Below are positions 57,901 through 64,000 of a stretch of 64,000 nt of DNA, piece by piece. Each line of letters opens with the position of its first letter. Positions within the stretch are counted from its first letter, which is position 1. Source of the stretch: Amoebophrya sp. A120 (Eukaryota > Protista > Dinoflagellata); contig CAJINV010000002.1 of assembly GCA_905178155.1 (NCBI GenBank), forward strand, positions 4,707,709 through 4,771,708, written 5' to 3'. The notes below the pieces were generated by a model. The model was not told the origin of the DNA, made no database searches, and saw only the letters and a program-made list of their open reading frames with translations. The translations under genes were made by a program, and so were the position numbers.

Positions 57901-60900
57901 TCAGAAGTAGGTGCTGCTCTTCCCCTGGCGTCACTCGCCGTTCGTCGTCCTGGGCTTTGTCTAGTACTTCGGCAACGTCCTCCACAATATCATGCTCGTC
58001 CCGCCCAACAACCGCCTCCACGGCTGCCAATGCCGCTCGCTCATACTCCCTGCAGTCCAGCCGTTGGTTCTCCTTCGCGTAGTACACGGCTTCCCGTATT
58101 CGCAAGTCGGCTACCTGCAGATAACTGACCCGCTCCCGTGCGGGTTTGTTGAAGCACAGATGCTGTGGGGTGCCGCTGCTCTTCAGTACCACATCCAGTG
58201 CGACCGCGAGGTTCGCCCATGGTGCACCCGTCGCTTGTAACCGCGATTTGCGCGAATCGCTGTTGCGATCAGCACTGTCCAACAACATTTTGTGTTTGTC
58301 ACCAACACCTACACCATCGTCTGCCGTTGTAATCGCTACGAGCTGCACCGCTTTCTCCACAGTGTTCAAGAACAGCCCTCCCGACCGAAAGACCCGTGCG
58401 GCAGAGTGCCCGCCTTCCGACTGGAAACACAGCTTCCCTGAGGTTTTCGCGTACCCCGTCGGGTAGGGCAGATACTGCAGTGTGTTATGGAGGTCGCGGA
58501 TCTTCCGAGGCTCCCAGAGGTAGTAACGCTGTGGCGGAGATACAGCAGCCCCGTAAGAACCTGACTGATTTGCAACTGCTTCGGCAGCTTCGCTATCGCC
58601 GTCGGCTGACGTTCCCGCTTTCGCTCTTTCGGCTTTCAACCCGGTCTCGTAGTCCGCGAGGATCGGGAAACCCACTACAGAAACGCTTTTCTCTTCCAAG
58701 AGTTGCTGGAGCGCCGTGGAAACAGCGATACCCAAAAAATCCTCCGTCCAACCGGGATCATGAGGATCGTCCACTGGGACGGCGTCGCGCTGCTGGTGTG
58801 AAGACTGCTCTTCTGCTGCGTCAATAGCCGTCCTCGTAGTCGTATCCGGCCCTTTGTGCTGCAGAAATTCACCTCCGACCACTTCGCTTGAGACGGCCCC
58901 GCTGAACAAACACAAAACAGGCGAGTCACGATCCAGCTGGTAAAAATCGCTGTCGGCTTCTGAAATGAACTCGATCTGATAGGGAGGACTCTTCGAACCT
59001 GAGGCTGTACTTCTTGACGAGGTGGATGAACCAATGTTTTTCGTACTGCCAAAGCTGATCGACATGAGCACCGTCCGTACGTGGTACTGCCGGATTTTAT
59101 CCGCCAGCACCTGGGCCTTTCGCAGCTCTACTTCTTGTCCGCTTTTGTCCAAGGTCGGGAAAAACACCACGACGATCGTCAGATCCCGCGGCTCGCCCCA
59201 GCCTTTGAAGTACGGAAAATAGGGGCTAATTGGCGCCTCGTGGAACACAGATTCCGGGTGGTCGGCGCGGGTCAAAGCCGGCCGCAGGGTCAGCGCGAAA
59301 GAGGTGACGACCTGATGCACGTCCTCCTGCTCTCCAAGGTCAGAGGCAGAGGCGCTTGCGCGAGAATCTCTTGAATCTGCGGGGTGCTCGTGGTTTCTTC
59401 TGCCGTCTCTACTTCTAGCTGCCGAGTTTTTTTCGTCCAACGCCGCATCTAGCTTTCTGAAGTCGTTCGCGATGTCTTTCCGTATTCCTTCTATTTTCCG
59501 TGCGGTCCAGACCCTTTTTTGGATTAGGTGCAGCAGCTTCCAGACGGGCCACTTGGTAGATATGGGGTTCTACTCAAGCGTTGGTTGCATTGTTTTGTGT
59601 ATACATGATTTTGCGACGCAAGCATGGCACATGCCAAAGCGGGGAGGTTTTTCTTGCGCATGCGCGTCTTGCAAAATTACAAATTTGGCGCGCAGTAGTT
59701 CCAGGCTATTTATTTCTAGCGCTTCGCAAAGTTTTCGTGCGAAGTCGCTCGATCGTCGTGTGGAGATCGATAGTGGTTTGTGTGGATGACAAATCAACAC
59801 GTAGCAGCAGTCAATGTAACCCCGCTTGAGAACAATGCCATAGTGGAGATCAGATCGTACAAACTGTCCTTCAGATTGTAGTTCATGAGATGCTTCTGTC
59901 CCTCCTGCAACAGCTCCTCGAGTTCCTCGATCGACTCCGCCGCTAGGGCCAACGCAAAAGCCGCGCTCGCCTTCCCAAACGGGCACTTCCCTATCCTGTG
60001 CAAAAGTATCGCACTCGTAGTAATTGCATTTATGCATTACAAATCTTTTTCTCAAGGTAAATCAGCATTACAAATTGAATTTGTAATGCTGGGCTAATTT
60101 GTAATGCAATTTATACTAGTACGATGCTTTTGCATTGCATATTCCCCAGGTGCCACCAATTCTTCTCCCAAAATAGAGCCGCGTTGTTGCTGTTCGTGCT
60201 ACCACTCCTCGAGGAGTCTGCTGCAGCATCTCCATCCGCTTCAGCAGCTGCGTTCTGATTGATTCCCGGCGGTTCGATGGAATTGGCCATGTAACGAAAA
60301 ATTGCCAGCTTCGAGAGCCGCAGCTTCGGAGATACGTAGGGTTTCTTGGGATGCAGGAGAAAGCTGTGGTTATGGATGTTTTCGAGTAACCTCAAATTTG
60401 CCGTTATGCTCTCCACAAGTTCTTGATGTAGCTCTACTTCCGTAGTTGTGCGTGCAGGTTGCTCGTCTACTGCTCTTTCTACGCTTCTAGAGGTTGGCTT
60501 TGCGCTTGTCGACGTTGTTCCTGGTTCATCTCTAAGCCTTTTGCGATAGTGTGCCAGCCGGTTTTTCAGAGCTTGTAACATTTTCCCCAATTTGGTCAAG
60601 GAGGCCTTACGTTCTTTCGCATGAAGGTCCACATTTTCATCGTCCTTACTTGCCCCCGTGAAAGCAGGAGCTGCAAGAGGGCCAGAGCCTTTCCTGGCTT
60701 CCTTCTCTTCTTCTTCGTGCCGCTTCGCGTTGCTCCACGTCTCCAAACCAATCACGGGGGTTTCCCGGCCAGATTCCGCTAGAAACACATTCAGCTGGTG
60801 CAGGAATTTGTCGGAGAAGTCCGCATCCAGGGAATCGCAAAAGTTGTAGAGCGGGAAGCCGGACGTGGACCTCAACTGCTGCTGAATCTCGTGCAGCATG

Positions 60901-62180
60901 CCGAAAATCGGCCACTTGCTGTTCCGGACCACGTGCGCGAAGGGAATGGAAATCAGGTCCACCATAGCCGAGTGCTCGCGGATCTGGATGCACCGCTCCG
61001 AGTCGTTCGAGGTGTACATGATGAAGGCCTGCAGGGCCAGCACCGCGAGCGGGTTCGAATGCGTCTGGTACGAGACGAAGAGGTGCGGTTGTTGCTGGTA
61101 CCAAATGTAGAAATCGCGGTACTGTGACCGGCCGTAGAGCGACTGGAGGGACTTCGTCGTGTCTTTGCTCTTTGGCGGGTGTCGTGGTGTATTTTCCGTG
61201 GTGTCGCTGCCCGCAGCGGAATTTTTGGCGGATGTGCTGGAAGTAGACGCCTGATGTGAAGATCCATCGGCTGATGTGGTTCTTGTCGACGGTGCGTCAA
61301 ACATTAAATCAGCGTCATCCTCCTCCTCCTCGTCATCCTCTCCTCCCCCAGAAAGGAACTTTTTCGGTTTGGTGCCATCCAGCGGGAAGTACTCGAGAAG
61401 CGTCTCCTGCACCTCTTGCCAGTCCAAGTCGACTATGAACTGCAAAAGTTAAAGTATCGTACTCGTATCAATGCATTACAAATTTTCTCAACATGAGAAA
61501 TAAAATTTGTCATGCTGATTTACCTTCACAAAAATATTTGTAATGCAAGACTTGCATTTATACGAATACGATACTTTTGCACAGGATATCGACCGGCTTG
61601 TGGCCTGGGGTCGCGGGGTGGTCCGGGATAGCGTCTTGATCTTCTCGGACGGATATTACAATGAAAAATGCCCCCACCCCAGAACTTGGCAGCATCTGTA
61701 TTGCAAACCTCTCCAATAGAAAGATTCCCCGTCTTGCGTATATCAGCATCACAAATTTCCCATGCTGAATAGCTCAAGTCTGTGTTACAAAGGAGCCCAA
61801 CAGTAGCCGGATCTGTTATGCAAAAGATACCTTGCGCGCCTAGATTCTGCATCAGAAAGGCTCATAGTCCTTTCATGCAAGACAAAAAGAAAAAGCTTTC
61901 ATTTGGAAACTTTGCATGAGAAACTTTTGCAAACTAATTCCGGGGTGGAGGCATTTTTCATTGTAATATTAATGGAGGCCTGCTGTTCATCCTGTTCGTC
62001 ACCGCGGCTGAAGGAAAATAAAGAAAACGTCAGCGCGAGGCAGGAGAGGATCAGGGCGGAGGTAGAAGATCCGTGCTGGCGGAGTTCGAACCCGGAGACA
62101 TGACCCTTGTCGTGCTCTTCTCGATACAACAAGCGACCCCGCCTCCGAGCCCGAGAGGGGCCGCGGAGTGGGAATGTCAT
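54904..62180 (-). CDS. Large secretory-pathway protein with a C-terminal LicD/fukutin-like phosphotransferase domain (about 1900 aa)
   Basis: EGSLLALWRNG..QFPWDSDFDL matches the LicD pattern G(T/S)LLGxxR...PWDxDxD; hydrophobic N-terminal segment; six introners separate in-frame exons. Confidence 0.75.
55134..55379. mobile_element. Introner family A
   Basis: Family A TIRs; TSD gtggt. Confidence 0.93.
55435..55713. mobile_element. Introner family E
   Basis: Perfect 32-bp TIR TATCCTGAGTAAAAACGTACCCACACCAGAGT; TSD cccgc. Confidence 0.95.
59561..59842. mobile_element. Introner, degenerate D-like
   Basis: TATGGGGTTCTACTCAAGCG ... CGCTTGAGAACAATGCCATA; TSD gtaga/gtgga. Confidence 0.8.
59992..60141. 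mobile_element. Introner family B
   Basis: Family B TIRs; TSD ttccc. Confidence 0.93.
61434..61588. mobile_element. Introner family B
   Basis: Family B TIRs; TSD tcgac. Confidence 0.92.
61654..61968. mobile_element. Introner family F
   Basis: TATTACAATGAAAAATGCCCCCACCCC ... GGGGTGGAGGCATTTTTCATTGTAATA; TSD irregular. Confidence 0.88.
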
Positions 62181-63402
62181 CCAGCTATTATCATCCGACT
62201 ACTGGCGCGGGCGCCGGCGGCGGGATTTTTATATTTATATCCTCCGCAGAAGTTGGAGGCTGGAAAATGATCCAAAAAAGGAGGACGCGTGTTGGTCCGA
62301 TCTCGTTTTTGAAATCACAATTGCCCACGCGTGATGTAAAGTACTTGCCCTTCCTGAAAGCAGGTAACGAGCACCAAGGAGCGTTTCTCTTCAAGATCGT
62401 CTTCGTCACGACACGAAATGAAAAACACGACAACTAGCTCTCGCTGGTGGAGCCAAACGATCGTCATGCTGGGAGCCCATAGGAAAAAAAAGGAGCAAGG
62501 GTAACTTTGTATCAAGGGGGATCTGCTCGACGTCGAGTGAGGATCATGCTCATGCGAATAGGAATAATCATGATCAACTATACATCAGGCGATCTTCACC
62601 TTCACGATCTTTCTCAAAGCTTGTTCACCTGAAATTTTTTGAAATCATGTCTACCTTCGAACAAAACCAGAGTAGGGGCTTGCTCGGTGCGAACGCCACA
62701 AACTTTATCTGTGAGGCAACGCGGACCCACAAACTAAAACTTCAGCACGAATAAACAAAAGGAGCTTAGTTGCTGTACAACATGCGCGTCAAGATGGAAG
62801 ATATTATTTTGTCAACTTATGTTGAATCAATAGAGAAGATATTATTTTGTCAATCAATGTCGTCTTTATTTGTTTTCTTTTTGTTTCTGTCTTTTTCTCG
62901 ACCGAGAAAGTCGAAGCAGCTTCAGTCAGAGACCAGGTTTCTTTTTCAATCCGCCAGTGAAAAAAAGTCGACTGCCTGGACACAATTCGATGCTATTCGA
63001 GGAAAATGAACGAGCTTGTCCTTCTACTTGTCGTCGTGGTAAGAAATCGTCCTCTGGAAGCGAAATGATGGCAAAAAGCCGCAGCGGTAGCCTTGTGTGG
63101 GAGAAGATCAAGTCGACACCAATCGCCAGGCGCCGGCGCGGAATATCATGGAGAAAAATCGTCTCAGGAGGTGTCTTCCGCAAGATGAACACATCTTCTT
63201 CGTCAGGTCTTCCGCATACATACTGCATCACGAATCACCGCTTTGGTGTGAAAATCATTCGCCCATGATCACACATTGACATTTCTTCGCCAGGTTACAA
63301 AAGCATAGTTGTTGTATGCAAGTAAGCAATTCAGCGCAAACACACATATGGAATATTATCAACTGAAGTAGATGACACAGCCGATACATTCTACGTTTTC
63401 AT

Positions 63403-63787
63403 ACCAGAGAGCACTGTGGCCGCCCCCGCCCCCGCGGCTGTTGTATTCTTCATCTGCCCGGCGTTTTATCGAATGCAAATATGTCTGGGTCTGGAAGAAT
63501 GCGAGACTTGTCATGCTTGTCTGGCATGACCAAAAAGTTTGTGATGCGTGTCCAAGAAGAGACCCTTTTGCTTGTCATGCAAAACCGCAGTCTGTCATGC
63601 GAAAAACGTAGCACAAAGAAGCGCAGATATTTCTCATGCTTGCCTGTGCATTACAGAGCACTCATTATTCCCCCAGCGCAGCATTACAAGTTTCCAGACC
63701 CAGACATTTTTGCAACCCATACGTTTCTTTCTAAAACCAAAGGCTTCCACCCTTCCGTGTCGGCCATGAGCTTTTCGTTGTAATCCA
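63403..63787 (-). CDS. Internal exons of a gene entering from beyond the window end
   Basis: DYNEKLMADTEGWKPLVLERN|AGQMKNTT joins across an introner; downstream exons not resolved. Confidence 0.5.
63467..63721. mobile_element. Introner family A
   Basis: Family A TIRs; TSD cgttt. Confidence 0.92.
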
Positions 63788-64000
63788 TATGGCGTTCTCA
63801 ATTGTTACATTCTCAACTGTTACATGATTTGTCATGCAGAATCGCCTTGACTATGAACGCCACCAAGCTGCTTCGCATGGCAAATTCTCAGACGGCCAAA
63901 CAGGCTGAGAATCTGTGCCAAATCTATCATGCACGACGCGCAAGGTCCTTCCTTTCACTTTTGCTACTCTTGCATTACAAATCTGTGTAACAGTTGAGGA
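63788..64000. mobile_element. Introner family D, cut by the window end
   Basis: TATGGCGTTCTCAATTGTTACATTCTCAACTG start; right TIR begins near 63986. Confidence 0.88.

Overview
Eukaryotic, intron-rich genomic DNA, most likely from the parasitic dinoflagellate Amoebophrya (Syndiniales); this is inferred from the invasive inverted-repeat introns. Nearly all host genes are on the minus strand: a histidine phosphatase, a split alpha/beta-hydrolase, an acyl-CoA dehydrogenase, casein kinase II alpha, a Gln-rich coiled-coil protein, a large LicD-like protein and several hypothetical proteins. By eye I delimited 44 MITE-like introners (109-436 bp, at least 8 TIR families). They typically have TAT...ATA termini, a 5-bp target duplication and a shared GCAT(G/T/C)ACA internal motif. 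All sit in coding sequence, in either orientation, and removing an element plus one 5-bp copy restores the frame, usually without GT-AG. Two larger insertions stand out. (1) A 6.25-kb composite insertion (3926-10177) splits the hydrolase gene. It has a triplicated 44-bp target sequence, a 2.2-kb captured copy of a neighbouring gene, a palindromic array of the introner motif, and a cryptic hAT-like transposase fragment hidden by six introners, which is a candidate mobiliser of the introners. (2) A very young Ty1/copia element (33804-40857) has a non-canonical TA...CA LTR, a half-tRNA PBS and Asp-to-Asn changes in RT and RNase H motifs, and it interrupts an exon. All coordinates were read manually and may be off by a few bases.
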